Program-made: the position numbers and the translations under genes | The notes under the pieces: generated by a model | Told to the model about the DNA's origin: nothing | Database searches by the model: none | Seen by the model: the letters and a program-made list of their open reading frames with translations, nothing else | DNA from: an alpha proteobacterium MED-G09 | Lineage (GTDB): Bacteria; Pseudomonadota; Alphaproteobacteria; MED-G09 | Assembly: GCA_905182015.1 (NCBI GenBank) | Contig: CAJIZT010000008.1 | Location: 57,801 to 121,800 of the forward strand | DNA: 64,000 nucleotides | Direction: 5' to 3' | Part shown: in pieces, positions 48,166 to 57,900 of the stretch | Numbering within the stretch: position 1 is the stretch's first letter | How the letters are laid out: each line of letters begins with the position of its first letter

Positions 48166-48190
48166 TTATCTTAATAATAAAGGATTTAAA

Positions 48191-49543
48191 ATGAATATTA
48201 CAGATATTGATTGGAAAAAAAGAAACGCCGAAAACTGGAAGCAGCAAAACCTTAGCAATACTCTTGTGGATGGAAGCCGTTACAATTCTCAGGAATTTAT
48301 GAATAAGGAATGGCAGTATATGTGGCCGAAAGTTTGGCTATTGCTTGGACGAGAGGAAGAGGTACCCAATCCAGGTGATTATCAAATGGAAGAATTTGGA
48401 AAAGAAAGCTTCTTGATGATACGACAAGACGACGGTTCCATAAAATCATTTTACAATGTTTGTCAGCATAGAGGTGCAAGACTGACGTTTAATGACCAGG
48501 GAACTGCCGAAACATTCAAATGTCCTTATCACGGTTGGAAATGGAGAAAGGATGGAAAACTTATCGAAGCTCAAGATGCTGAGGATTTTCCTCAAGGAAA
48601 TCCTTGCGATAATTTAACTCTAGAGGAAGTAAAAACAGAAACATTTGCAGGTTTTATTTGGATTAATATGGATAAGAATGCCTGTACATTAAAAGAATGG
48701 CTCGGACCTGTATGGGAGGACTGGGAGGCTTATGAAATTCATAAGTGGAAAAGATATGTAGCGCAAACAGTAAATATGCCATGTAATTGGAAGATCGTAT
48801 TAGATAATTTTAATGAATCTTATCACCTAAACACCGTTCATGCGCCAGAAAAAGCAGTAACAAAAAAGAGAATGCCTAGTGGCGTTGATACAAGTTACCG
48901 TAATACACAATTTGATCTAGCAACTGAAGGTCATAATAGGATGATTATGAAGGCCGGTTATGGACCAGCTGGATCATTTGAAGATGGAGGAATAATTGAG
49001 GATCCACTTGCATCTGTAATGAAAGACTGGGGCCTTAATCCAGAAAAATATTCAGGAAAAGGTTTTGATACTAGGGAGGCAATTCAAACTGCTAAAAGAA
49101 AATTAGGCCCGGAAAGAGGTTACACACATTATAAAAATTTACGTGATGAACAACTCACTGATGCATTTCATTATACTCTATTTCCAAATTTTGCTGTTTC
49201 ATTGTGGGCGGATGGATTTCATTTTTTAAGGGCAAGGCCGCATGCAACAGACCCTGAAAAATGTATCTTTGATAACTGGTGGTATTCAAGTAATCCAGAA
49301 AATGAAACATCACCTATTCGAAGTACTGTTGGAGTTCACGAAAGAGGAAAATTTGCTGATTTTCCTGATGCCTTTGAACACGGAGAAAAAAGTCTTGGTC
49401 AAACAATTGATCAGGATGCAGTTGTCTTTATTTTCCAAAAATTTGGTTTAAGGTCTAGGGGTTTCAATGGTGCATATTTCGCTGGCCAAGAAAAAAGAGT
49501 GCATCGTTTTCATCAGATGATTGAATCATATTTTGAGGAATAA
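48191..49543 (+). CDS. Rieske non-heme-iron oxygenase alpha subunit (paralog C). The tracked ORF starts at 48086, inside the crotonase gene; the ATG at 48191 has an AAGGA ribosome-binding site.
   Basis: FYNVCQHRGARL...CPYHGWKW and NFNESYHLNTVH. Confidence 0.85.
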   Translation: MNITDIDWKKRNAENWKQQNLSNTLVDGSRYNSQEFMNKEWQYMWPKVWLLLGREEEVPNPGDYQMEEFGKESFLMIRQDDGSIKSFYNVCQHRGARLTFNDQGTAETFKCPYHGWKWRKDGKLIEAQDAEDFPQGNPCDNLTLEEVKTETFAGFIWINMDKNACTLKEWLGPVWEDWEAYEIHKWKRYVAQTVNMPCNWKIVLDNFNESYHLNTVHAPEKAVTKKRMPSGVDTSYRNTQFDLATEGHNRMIMKAGYGPAGSFEDGGIIEDPLASVMKDWGLNPEKYSGKGFDTREAIQTAKRKLGPERGYTHYKNLRDEQLTDAFHYTLFPNFAVSLWADGFHFLRARPHATDPEKCIFDNWWYSSNPENETSPIRSTVGVHERGKFADFPDAFEHGEKSLGQTIDQDAVVFIFQKFGLRSRGFNGAYFAGQEKRVHRFHQMIESYFEE

Positions 49544-49546
49544 AGA

Positions 49547-50065
49547 ATGAATGATAAAAAATTAGAACGTCATATAGCTAAATCAGAAATTTATGAATTA
49601 GTTTGTATGTATATGAGGGGTCTTGATCGTCTTGATGGGCCGCTTTTAAAATCAGTTTTTCATGAAGATGCTTATTGTGACTACGGATTCGTTAAAACTG
49701 ATCCTGATACATTTTCTAAATTTTGTATGGATGCACTTAAAGAACATATTGCAAATCACCATATGATTGGAAATTCATTAATTGAATTTGATGAAAGTGA
49801 GGATATGGCATTTGGAGAAATCTACTTTAATGCCTATCACAAAACTATAGTTGAAGGAGTTAATACTGATGTAATTATAGCAGGTAGGTATCTTGATCGT
49901 TATGAAAGAAGAAATGGAATATGGAAAATCGCGTATAGATCAGAAGTTAATGACTGGTCAAAAACTGAACCTACAAACGATCCCTACTTCAATGATTCTG
50001 ATTGTCACAGGGGTGGTCGTCAAGATGATCCTGTATATAAAAGAAATAAGATGTATCGGCCTTAA
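49547..50065 (+). CDS. SnoaL_4/NTF2-like protein (partner of paralog C).
   Basis: YELVCMYMRGLDRLDGPLLKSVFHEDA...GRYLDRYERRNGIWKIAYR. Its tail HRGGRQDDPVYKR resembles that of the 25217 gene. Confidence 0.6.
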   Translation: MNDKKLERHIAKSEIYELVCMYMRGLDRLDGPLLKSVFHEDAYCDYGFVKTDPDTFSKFCMDALKEHIANHHMIGNSLIEFDESEDMAFGEIYFNAYHKTIVEGVNTDVIIAGRYLDRYERRNGIWKIAYRSEVNDWSKTEPTNDPYFNDSDCHRGGRQDDPVYKRNKMYRP

Positions 50066-51402
50066 GTATTCATATTGTTTCTTAATTCCTCTCTAAGCTC
50101 TTCGTGTTTTTCTTTTGTTAGAGGGTACTTATAAAGAACTAAGATAGTTGAAATAAAAAATATTGTTGCACTAAAGGAGTACACAACCTTTAATCCAAAA
50201 ATATTATTACCTTCATTAATAACTCCAGGACTTGGATCAAATCCAATATAAGAAAGCATCATAAAGGCAAACCAAGGTCCAAATGAATAAGAAATTTTAG
50301 TAACAAAAGACCATACTGCAAAAAAGGAACCTGCCCTATCTTCATGTGAATATAATTTATCCAAATCAATTACATCGGCCTTCATGGATGGAGGAATAAC
50401 ATAACTTGTAGCACCACCAAAACCAGTGATTACTAAACCAAGCATCATCCAATAAATATCACCTGGGCCCAGCAACATATAAAATGGATTTGTAATAACG
50501 AAACATAGCAGACCAAAGATCCATGCTCGATGTTTTCCAATTTTTTTACTAATCGCAACCCAAAGCGGTATCGCGCAAAGATTGACTATATAATAGCACA
50601 AGAGAAGAGCTATCCCTGCTTTCTCTTCCTGAATTACACCCCTAATAAAAAAAATAAAAGTTGCGCTTGTTATTGAAACTCCTGTTGTGTGAAGAAAAAA
50701 TGCTAAAACTAACCTTTTGAAAGGACCATTTCTCCACATAATTTGAAGGCCTTCAAAAACAGATAGCTTAGGTGGCACATAATCCATTCGCTCCTCGACA
50801 TTGGAAACAGTAAGAAGAATTGTAATTGGTATAAGAATTAACATAGCAATACCAATCATCTGAACTACCTCTCTTGTTCCTCCGTAAGCAAAAAAGAATA
50901 AGGCGAGAGTTGGAATTAATTTACTCAAAACATTACCAACCATTCCTATCCATGTGCGCCATGCTGTTATGGTTGTTCTTTCGTTGTATTCAGGAGAAAG
51001 TTCTGCAGCCCAGGCATAATAGGGAATTAAGAGCATAGTCCAGCCCACCCAAAACATTGCTAGCCAAAATAATAAATACAGACCTGTCACTGTTTCTTCA
51101 TTTGGAAAAAATAAAAAATAAACTGCAGGCATTAAAATAGGTATTGAAGCAACCATCCAAACTCTGCGCCTTCCCCATCGTGTATTTGTCTTATCACCCA
51201 GATAGCCAATTAACGGATCAGTAAAAGCATCAAATATTCTTGCTATTAGCCATATCCAGCCTATAGCTGCCAAACTGATACCGACTTCAGATCCATAATA
51301 ATTAGGCAAGTATGTTAAGAGCGGAAGCCCTGCTATAGAAATTGGCATTTCTGAAAGACCATAAAAAAATAGTTTTCTTTTTTTTAATTTACTGTCTGTC
51401 AT
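50062..51402 (-). CDS. GPH-family (MelB-like, MFS_2) cation symporter.
   Basis: DPLIGYLGDKTNTRWGRRRVW is the GPH signature; 12 predicted TM segments. It is a tandem paralog of the upstream gene. Confidence 0.75.
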   Translation of the reverse strand: MTDSKLKKRKLFFYGLSEMPISIAGLPLLTYLPNYYGSEVGISLAAIGWIWLIARIFDAFTDPLIGYLGDKTNTRWGRRRVWMVASIPILMPAVYFLFFPNEETVTGLYLLFWLAMFWVGWTMLLIPYYAWAAELSPEYNERTTITAWRTWIGMVGNVLSKLIPTLALFFFAYGGTREVVQMIGIAMLILIPITILLTVSNVEERMDYVPPKLSVFEGLQIMWRNGPFKRLVLAFFLHTTGVSITSATFIFFIRGVIQEEKAGIALLLCYYIVNLCAIPLWVAISKKIGKHRAWIFGLLCFVITNPFYMLLGPGDIYWMMLGLVITGFGGATSYVIPPSMKADVIDLDKLYSHEDRAGSFFAVWSFVTKISYSFGPWFAFMMLSYIGFDPSPGVINEGNNIFGLKVVYSFSATIFFISTILVLYKYPLTKEKHEELREELRNNMNT

Positions 51403-51417
51403 AAGACCTCTTTTTAT

Positions 51418-52797
51418 TTAAATTAATCTTTCTTTTTTTTGGTTTTCTAACTTTTTTCTTATATCTAACTGAACATCCTCTGTGATCGGATATTTACGAA
51501 CGATCAATAATACTATTATAAAACAAACGGGGCATGCAAATGAGAAGAGTAGTTTAAGTCCTAAAATTTGATTAGAACTGTTAATAGCGCCAGGTGTTGA
51601 ATCAAAGCCAATCAAAGAAAGGATCATGAGCCCTAAAAAGGGTCCGAAAGATAAGGCTATTTTTGAAGCAAATGACCATACCGCAAAAAATTGTCCTGCC
51701 CTATCTTCTCCAGAATTTAAAGTATCTAAGTCTATAACATCGGCCTTCATAGAATTAGGCATTACATAAAAACTTGCTCCGGCAAAACCTGTTATTGTTG
51801 TAATGGGAAGCATCCAATAAAAATCCCCTTGTCCTAGAAGCATATAAAATGGGCTCATAATAATAAAAAAACTCAACCCCAACATCCAAGCACGGTGCTT
51901 ACCTGCTATACCAGAAAACCATGCCCAAAAAGGTATTCCACAAAGATTTGATACGTAGTAAAAAAGTAAAAATATAATCCCCGCCTCTTCTTCACCCGTT
52001 ACACCTCTTATATAAAATAAAACAACAGCCGTAGATAAAGCTGTTCCCATGCTGCTAAAGAAAAAAGCAAAAACTAGTCTTTTAAAAGGCCCATTTTTCC
52101 ACATAATTTTTAAGCCCTTTATGATAGGAATTTTTGTTGGAATATAGTCTCTTTTTTCAGGAACATTGAGTGTAGTTAGAGAAATCGTTACAGGAATAAG
52201 GAACAATAACCCCCACCCAATCATTTCTACTACCTCTTGTGTTCCTCCATAAGAAAAAAGTAATAATGCAACGACCGGGAGTACTTTTGTTGCAACATTA
52301 GCAACCATTCCAATAAACATACGCCAAGCAGCAATTGTTGTTCTTTCATTATACTCGGGGGATAATTCGGCCGCCCATGCATAGTAGGGAATAAAAAGCA
52401 TTGTCCAGCCTAGCCAAAATATTACAAGCCAAAACAGTAGGTAGTTTGCGTCTACACCGAGAGCTGGACTTGCGTCTACACCGAGAGCTGGAAGAAATAT
52501 CTTATAAACTGATATCATTAAAAAAGGTATTGAGGCTAACATCCATATACGTCTCCTACCCCAGCGAGTATCTGTCTTATCACCAAGATAGCCAATTAAA
52601 GGGTCTGTTATAGCATCAAACATTCGAGCGAACATCCAAACCGCCGCAATCGCTGCTAAACTCACACCTAGATCAGCTCCATAATAATTAGGTATATAGG
52701 CAGCCAAGGGAACATTGGCTACGGATAAAGGCATGTCCGAAAGACCAAAAAAAAATAAGATTCTCTTTGAGAGTGGTTTTTTAGACATATAGACCAA
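51418..52797 (-). CDS. GPH-family cation symporter (tandem paralog). The start is probably the ATG at 52788 (MSKKPL...).
   Basis: DPLIGYLGDKTDTRWGRRRIW, about 55% identical to the downstream copy by eye. It contains an in-frame 8-aa duplication (SPALGVDA twice). Confidence 0.75.
   Translation of the reverse strand: MVYMSKKPLSKRILFFFGLSDMPLSVANVPLAAYIPNYYGADLGVSLAAIAAVWMFARMFDAITDPLIGYLGDKTDTRWGRRRIWMLASIPFLMISVYKIFLPALGVDASPALGVDANYLLFWLVIFWLGWTMLFIPYYAWAAELSPEYNERTTIAAWRMFIGMVANVATKVLPVVALLLFSYGGTQEVVEMIGWGLLFLIPVTISLTTLNVPEKRDYIPTKIPIIKGLKIMWKNGPFKRLVFAFFFSSMGTALSTAVVLFYIRGVTGEEEAGIIFLLFYYVSNLCGIPFWAWFSGIAGKHRAWMLGLSFFIIMSPFYMLLGQGDFYWMLPITTITGFAGASFYVMPNSMKADVIDLDTLNSGEDRAGQFFAVWSFASKIALSFGPFLGLMILSLIGFDSTPGAINSSNQILGLKLLFSFACPVCFIIVLLIVRKYPITEDVQLDIRKKLENQKKERLI
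52446..52493. repeat. Perfect-frame tandem duplication of 2 x 24 bp (23 of 24 identical) inside the GPH transporter gene.
   Basis: TTGCGTCTACACCGAGAGCTGGAC followed directly by TTGCGTCTACACCGAGAGCTGGAA. Confidence 0.8.
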
Positions 52798-52957
52798 TAA
52801 AGATATTTAGTTACTCTAAAAAAATATGCACATCAAAGTACAACTAAATATAATTCCCCCTCTAATCTTTAGAACAGATTCAATAAAAATAAGGAGAAAA
52901 AGAATAAGGATAAAAGCTAAGAATTATTCTAATTTATTATTGACCCTTACTTATCAT

Positions 52958-54343
52958 TTATTTCCCTGCACTCACCTTTGACCACAAAGAATCTTCACTC
53001 ATCCAGTTATCAACCCAATTATGGAAATGTTGTAACCTTCCTTCATCATTGCTTAAAACTGCCTTATTAAATCCACGAGAATGCATCCCTGCCTGCATAT
53101 CGTTCAAATAATGTATGTCTTGATCGATTGTGGCCGTCAAAGAATTTCTTCCCTCGACAACATCCTCTCGAGTAAAGACCTCATGTTCGACTCTCGAAGA
53201 AGAGTATTGGTACTCATATGAACCCGGGAGTAATTCCAAACCCTTATCTTTATCGCGGATCTTACTTTCTGGGATCATTAAGCTAAATTTAGTAAATATA
53301 CATTTATTGGGATCTGAAGGGTGAGGTCTTGGACCATAAAACCAAACCCTTTCTGCATGAATCGTCATAAAAAGGTTGGGAAAAATATCATACTGAAAGA
53401 CATCAGAAATCTGTTCATCTGTTAACTCAGAATAATCAAATCCAAGTTTTTTTCCAATTTTTCTTTTTTGTTTTTGAATTGCAGCCCTTATATCTGGGAC
53501 TTTACCAATATAATCATCGCTATTTATCTCTAAGCCCTTGAGGTATTGCGCCATATATTCGGGTGGTTCATCTGGCATTGGATATCTCGGATTCATAACT
53601 GGGCTCTCAACACATGTGTGTGTGTGACCAAACGGCCAAAGATAGTTTTGCGCATCACAACAATCGACAAAACTAGCATGTTGAGGATGTATAAAATCAA
53701 CGTGATATTGTTCCAAAAAATTATCCCTAACAGTTTTCCAATTAGCGCCTAAGGTAACGCTTTGGTGTTTGACCAATTCCATATTTTCAAAGTGATAAGG
53801 ATCAAGCTGATTCATGATTTCACCTAGAAAAGTTTTTAAAGGAGCAGGATTAGGACTCATATTTATAAAAACCATACCTGCCCAGGATTCAGCATGAACT
53901 GGCTTTAAAGAACTTTCCTTGCAAGAAACGCCTCCAGAAAATAGATCTTCGTCAGGAACCTTTTTTAATTCACCATCCAATCCATAGGTCCATCCATGAT
54001 AAGGGCATGTTACTTGCTTAACCCAGCCCAGATCTAAGGTTAGAATCTTATTTCCTCGGTGCTGACAAGCATTATAGAAGGCAGAAATATTATTATTTTC
54101 GTTGCGTGTGATAATTATGGATTCCCTTCCTACATCGTAAATGAAAAAGTCACCTGTTTCTTTTAAGTCGGATTCTAAGCCGGCAAAAATCCAACATTTA
54201 GTCCATATTTTTTCCCATTCCATTTTCATAAAATCAGGACACGTATATCTATCACTAGAAAGTGAGGCGTTATATTCTGGGTCAGCAGTAATATCTTCAG
54301 AAAAATTTATAGAATCAAAACGTTGTGGCAATATTTTCTCCAT
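52958..54343 (-). CDS. Rieske non-heme-iron oxygenase alpha subunit (paralog D; no NTF2 partner).
   Basis: FYNACQHRGNKIL...CPYHGWTY and NFLEQYHVDFIH. Confidence 0.85.
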   Translation of the reverse strand: MEKILPQRFDSINFSEDITADPEYNASLSSDRYTCPDFMKMEWEKIWTKCWIFAGLESDLKETGDFFIYDVGRESIIITRNENNNISAFYNACQHRGNKILTLDLGWVKQVTCPYHGWTYGLDGELKKVPDEDLFSGGVSCKESSLKPVHAESWAGMVFINMSPNPAPLKTFLGEIMNQLDPYHFENMELVKHQSVTLGANWKTVRDNFLEQYHVDFIHPQHASFVDCCDAQNYLWPFGHTHTCVESPVMNPRYPMPDEPPEYMAQYLKGLEINSDDYIGKVPDIRAAIQKQKRKIGKKLGFDYSELTDEQISDVFQYDIFPNLFMTIHAERVWFYGPRPHPSDPNKCIFTKFSLMIPESKIRDKDKGLELLPGSYEYQYSSSRVEHEVFTREDVVEGRNSLTATIDQDIHYLNDMQAGMHSRGFNKAVLSNDEGRLQHFHNWVDNWMSEDSLWSKVSAGK

Positions 54344-54509
54344 AGTAAATAATATCTAAATATTAGCTAAAAAATAAAATAGTACAAATTAAAAAGAATA
54401 ACAAAGATTGATCTATGATACTTGTTACGTATCAATTAAAAATTCTAACTTGACCAATTAGTATTTGAGGTTTTGAATACCAATTCAATTAAGAGGGGAG
54501 ACAGATATA

Positions 54510-54809
54510 ATGATTGTGGTTAATGCAAGAGCAAGGGCAAGCACTGAATCTATTTTAGTATTAAAAAATGTTATTAATACTCTAGAGATAGAAACAAAGA
54601 AGGAAAAGGGATGCATTGATTATGCTTTCAGTGTTGATATCAATAACCCAAATATGCTTAGAATTTCTGAATTATGGGAAGATCTCAAATCATTACAGGA
54701 TCACCTTGAAACCAAACATGTAGAAGATTTTAGGGCGGCAATGGCTCAAAATCCAATAGATGTAGAGGCTCATTTTTATGAAGCCAAAGAAATTTCTTAT
54801 CCAGGATAG
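54510..54809 (+). CDS. ABM/Dabb domain protein (paralog of the 24854 gene).
   Basis: GCIDYAFSVD...LRISELWEDLKSLQDHLETKHVEDF parallels the 24854 protein. Confidence 0.5.
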   Translation: MIVVNARARASTESILVLKNVINTLEIETKKEKGCIDYAFSVDINNPNMLRISELWEDLKSLQDHLETKHVEDFRAAMAQNPIDVEAHFYEAKEISYPG

Positions 54810-54814
54810 ATTTT

Positions 54815-55687
54815 ATGAAAAATAAAATAAGTACCTGGCAGGTTGGTAAAGTTAAAGTCACAAGAATAATCGAAGGTGAAAGAGCTGGCCCTATGTTTGT
54901 TGTACCTGATGCTATTCCAGAAAATATTATAAAAATGCCATGGTTACAGCCATATTTTTCTGATAGCGAGGGCAACACAATTGTAAGTGTCCACGCCCTT
55001 ATCCTAGAAACACCAGATAAATGCATAATTGTCGATACGTGCTTAGGAAATGATAAAGAAAGACATATTCCATCATGGAACAAGTTACAAACAAGATTTC
55101 TAGAAGATCTAGAAATAGCAGGCTATCAAACTAAAGATATTGATACTGTGTTATGTACCCACCTTCATACTGATCATGTGGGCTGGAATACTGTTCTTGT
55201 AAATGATAAATGGGAACCAACATTTAAGCATGCTGATTATTTATTCGGAAAAGAAGAGTGGAATTATACAGAAAAACAACTAGGCAATCCTTTATATGCA
55301 GAATTCATAAATGACTCAATAATTCCTATAATTGACTCAGGTCTTGTTAGATTTGTGGAACTTGATGAAAGAATTTGTGAAGAAATAATATTGGAGCCTA
55401 CACTGGGGCACACCCCTGGACATGTGAGTATAAAAATAAATTCAGAAGGCCAACGAGCTGCTATAACAGGAGATTTCCTTCACCACCCCTGTCAGATGGA
55501 GAAACTTGACTGGATATCTTCTGCAGACTGGGATCCTGAGCTAGCAAAAGAAACTAGGAGGCGAAAGCTATCGGATTACGCCAATGAAAGGACTCTAGTT
55601 TTTGGAACGCACTTTGCTTCTCCGTCAGCTGGATATGTAATTAAAAAAGACGATCATTTTGTTTTTGAAGTGCAACATCCGCTATAA
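54815..55687 (+). CDS. MBL-fold metallo-hydrolase (lactonase-like).
   Basis: HxHxDH motif CTHLHTDHVGW, and downstream H and D ligands (GHTPGH, TGDFLHH). Confidence 0.75.
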   Translation: MKNKISTWQVGKVKVTRIIEGERAGPMFVVPDAIPENIIKMPWLQPYFSDSEGNTIVSVHALILETPDKCIIVDTCLGNDKERHIPSWNKLQTRFLEDLEIAGYQTKDIDTVLCTHLHTDHVGWNTVLVNDKWEPTFKHADYLFGKEEWNYTEKQLGNPLYAEFINDSIIPIIDSGLVRFVELDERICEEIILEPTLGHTPGHVSIKINSEGQRAAITGDFLHHPCQMEKLDWISSADWDPELAKETRRRKLSDYANERTLVFGTHFASPSAGYVIKKDDHFVFEVQHPL

Positions 55688-55723
55688 AAATAAACTAATA
55701 CTTAAAATTAAAGGAGTAAGCCA

Positions 55724-57109
55724 ATGAGTCTATCTGATAATATGAAGCCTGGAGAAGCCAGATGCCCCGGGCATCCAACTACTAAGGAATTAATAGGAAA
55801 TGATAGGGGCGGCGCACCAAAACCGTTGCTTGAAGATTCTTATGAGTTCCTAGGTGATGATGATATTCCGTATGAGAGATATACATCAGAAAAATTTGCA
55901 AAAGCAGAGGATGAGAGGCTCTGGTCAAGGGTTTGGCAATGGGCTTGCAGGGAGGAACACATTCCAGAACCAGGGGATTATTATGTATATGATATTGGCG
56001 ACCGATCAGTGTTAATTGTAAGAACAGAAGACAGTGAAATCAAAGCATACTATAATTCCTGCCTACATAGAGGCACCCAATTAAAGCCTGCAAATAGCTC
56101 TGGTTTTTGTAATGAGCTTAAATGTCCCTTTCATGGATGGACATGGTCCCTTAAAGGTAAATTAGAATCCTTGCCTTGTGATTGGGATTTTCCTCATGTA
56201 AAAAAAGAGGAATTTTCTCTTCCTGAAGTTAAGCATGCTGTTTGGGGTGGTTTCATTTTTATTAATTTTGATTCTGACGCAAAACCACTTGATGAATACT
56301 TGGGAGTCCTTCCGAATCATTTTAAAAATTGGAAATTAGAAGACCGCTACATTGAAACACATGTAGTAAAAAAACTTCCAGCAAACTGGAAGGTTTCCTC
56401 AGAAGCATTTTTAGAGGCCTACCATGTTTTGGAGACTCATTCTGAAGGCGTCTATACCGCTGGAGATGCAAATGCTGACTATGATATATTTGGCGATCAT
56501 ATTTCAAGATTTATCCATACTATCGGATATACCAGCCCTCACATAACTGAAAACCGTCCAAGTGAACAAGAAATACTTGATATGCTTCTGGGTAAAAGAA
56601 CAGACGAGGGGTCTGGCAGAGTTTTGCCAGAGGGGTCAACTGCCAGAGAGATTTATGCTGAGCATGTTCAGGGGGCAATGAAAGAAAAATATAAACAAGA
56701 TTTCTCTAACCTAACTGTAACCGAAACAATTGACTCAATAGAATACTTTACATTCCCGAATGCTTTCTTCTTTCCTGGTCTTCAACTGTCAATGGTTTAT
56801 AGGTTTAGACCAAACGGTGTCGATGGAGCTTTGTTCGATCTTCTTTTTTTAAGACCTAAGCCAATTGATGGACCATGTCCCCCACCACCAGAACCTTTTC
56901 ATCTGGAAGTAGACGATAGCTATACAAAATGCCCTGGAACAGAATTTTTAGGTGCTGTTTATGACCAAGATACAAATAACTTGCTATCACAAACGAAGGG
57001 ATTTAAATCAGGCTTTAAAAAGGGACAGTCACTTGGTAACTACCAAGAGGCTAGAACAAGGCATTTCCATCAAACTGTAGATAAATACTTGGAGGAAAAT
57101 AATGGGTAA
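55724..57109 (+). CDS. Rieske non-heme-iron oxygenase alpha subunit (paralog E).
   Basis: YYNSCLHRGTQL...CPFHGWTW and EAYHVLETH. Confidence 0.85.
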   Translation: MSLSDNMKPGEARCPGHPTTKELIGNDRGGAPKPLLEDSYEFLGDDDIPYERYTSEKFAKAEDERLWSRVWQWACREEHIPEPGDYYVYDIGDRSVLIVRTEDSEIKAYYNSCLHRGTQLKPANSSGFCNELKCPFHGWTWSLKGKLESLPCDWDFPHVKKEEFSLPEVKHAVWGGFIFINFDSDAKPLDEYLGVLPNHFKNWKLEDRYIETHVVKKLPANWKVSSEAFLEAYHVLETHSEGVYTAGDANADYDIFGDHISRFIHTIGYTSPHITENRPSEQEILDMLLGKRTDEGSGRVLPEGSTAREIYAEHVQGAMKEKYKQDFSNLTVTETIDSIEYFTFPNAFFFPGLQLSMVYRFRPNGVDGALFDLLFLRPKPIDGPCPPPPEPFHLEVDDSYTKCPGTEFLGAVYDQDTNNLLSQTKGFKSGFKKGQSLGNYQEARTRHFHQTVDKYLEENNG

Positions 57110-57866
57110 ATTAGATGGCAAGGTTGCGGTAATACTAGGAGCGTCATCAATTGAAGGTTTGGGCGGAGTTATTGCAAGGTCATACGCTCATGAAGGTGCA
57201 AAAGTAGTTATAAGTGGACGCCGTCAAGAGCCCTTAGATCAATTGGCTGGCGAACTTAATGGAACAGCTCAGACTTGCGATATTACTGTAGATGGAGACA
57301 TAGAGAATCTATTTAAGGTGGCAAAAGATACTTATGGCAAGGTTGATATTGCAATAAATACTTCAGGGATGTATGAGCCAGGTAATCTAAGTGACCTAAC
57401 AAGGGATCACTTAAGAAAATATTCAGAAGTAAGCTTTGTAGGGCCAACAATCTTTATAAGAGAGGCTGGGAATATAATGGAGAATGGCGGCTCAATTATA
57501 ACAACGACATCAGTTACAGTGGAGCTATCAGCTGTTGGTTTAGCTGGATATGTTGGAACTAAAGCAGGGGCCGATAAGATCGTCCAAATTGCTGCAAAAG
57601 AATACCAGCATAAAAGTTTGAAGATTAACTCTCTATCGCCTGGGTTGGTTGATACACCAATGACAGGAGCGTTATTTGATATGGACGGACCAATTAAGGC
57701 GATGACAAAAGAATCACCCCTGGGCAGACTCGCGAATGTACAAGATGTTGCAAATACTGCAGTATGGATGGCTTCTGATGATTGTTTTACTACTGGTGAT
57801 TTAATCCGAGTAAGCGGAGGAATCCAGCTTAACCGTCTGCCAACGGCAGAAGAAATGTATGAATAA
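57102..57866 (+). CDS. SDR-family oxidoreductase.
   Basis: N-terminal AVILGASSIEGLGGVIA. The size and pattern fit an SDR; its start overlaps the Rieske stop. Confidence 0.75.
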   Translation: MGKLDGKVAVILGASSIEGLGGVIARSYAHEGAKVVISGRRQEPLDQLAGELNGTAQTCDITVDGDIENLFKVAKDTYGKVDIAINTSGMYEPGNLSDLTRDHLRKYSEVSFVGPTIFIREAGNIMENGGSIITTTSVTVELSAVGLAGYVGTKAGADKIVQIAAKEYQHKSLKINSLSPGLVDTPMTGALFDMDGPIKAMTKESPLGRLANVQDVANTAVWMASDDCFTTGDLIRVSGGIQLNRLPTAEEMYE

Positions 57867-57900
57867 AATTTTATAAACTATAACAAAAGGGAGACAAGTT

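Noticed and set aside
54417-54433. GATAC-N7-GTATC palindrome in the divergent promoter region between Rieske D and the ABM/MBL operon, as a possible operator.
   Set aside because: The arms are only 5 bp in a highly AT-rich spacer, where such palindromes are expected by chance. There is no regulator gene nearby.
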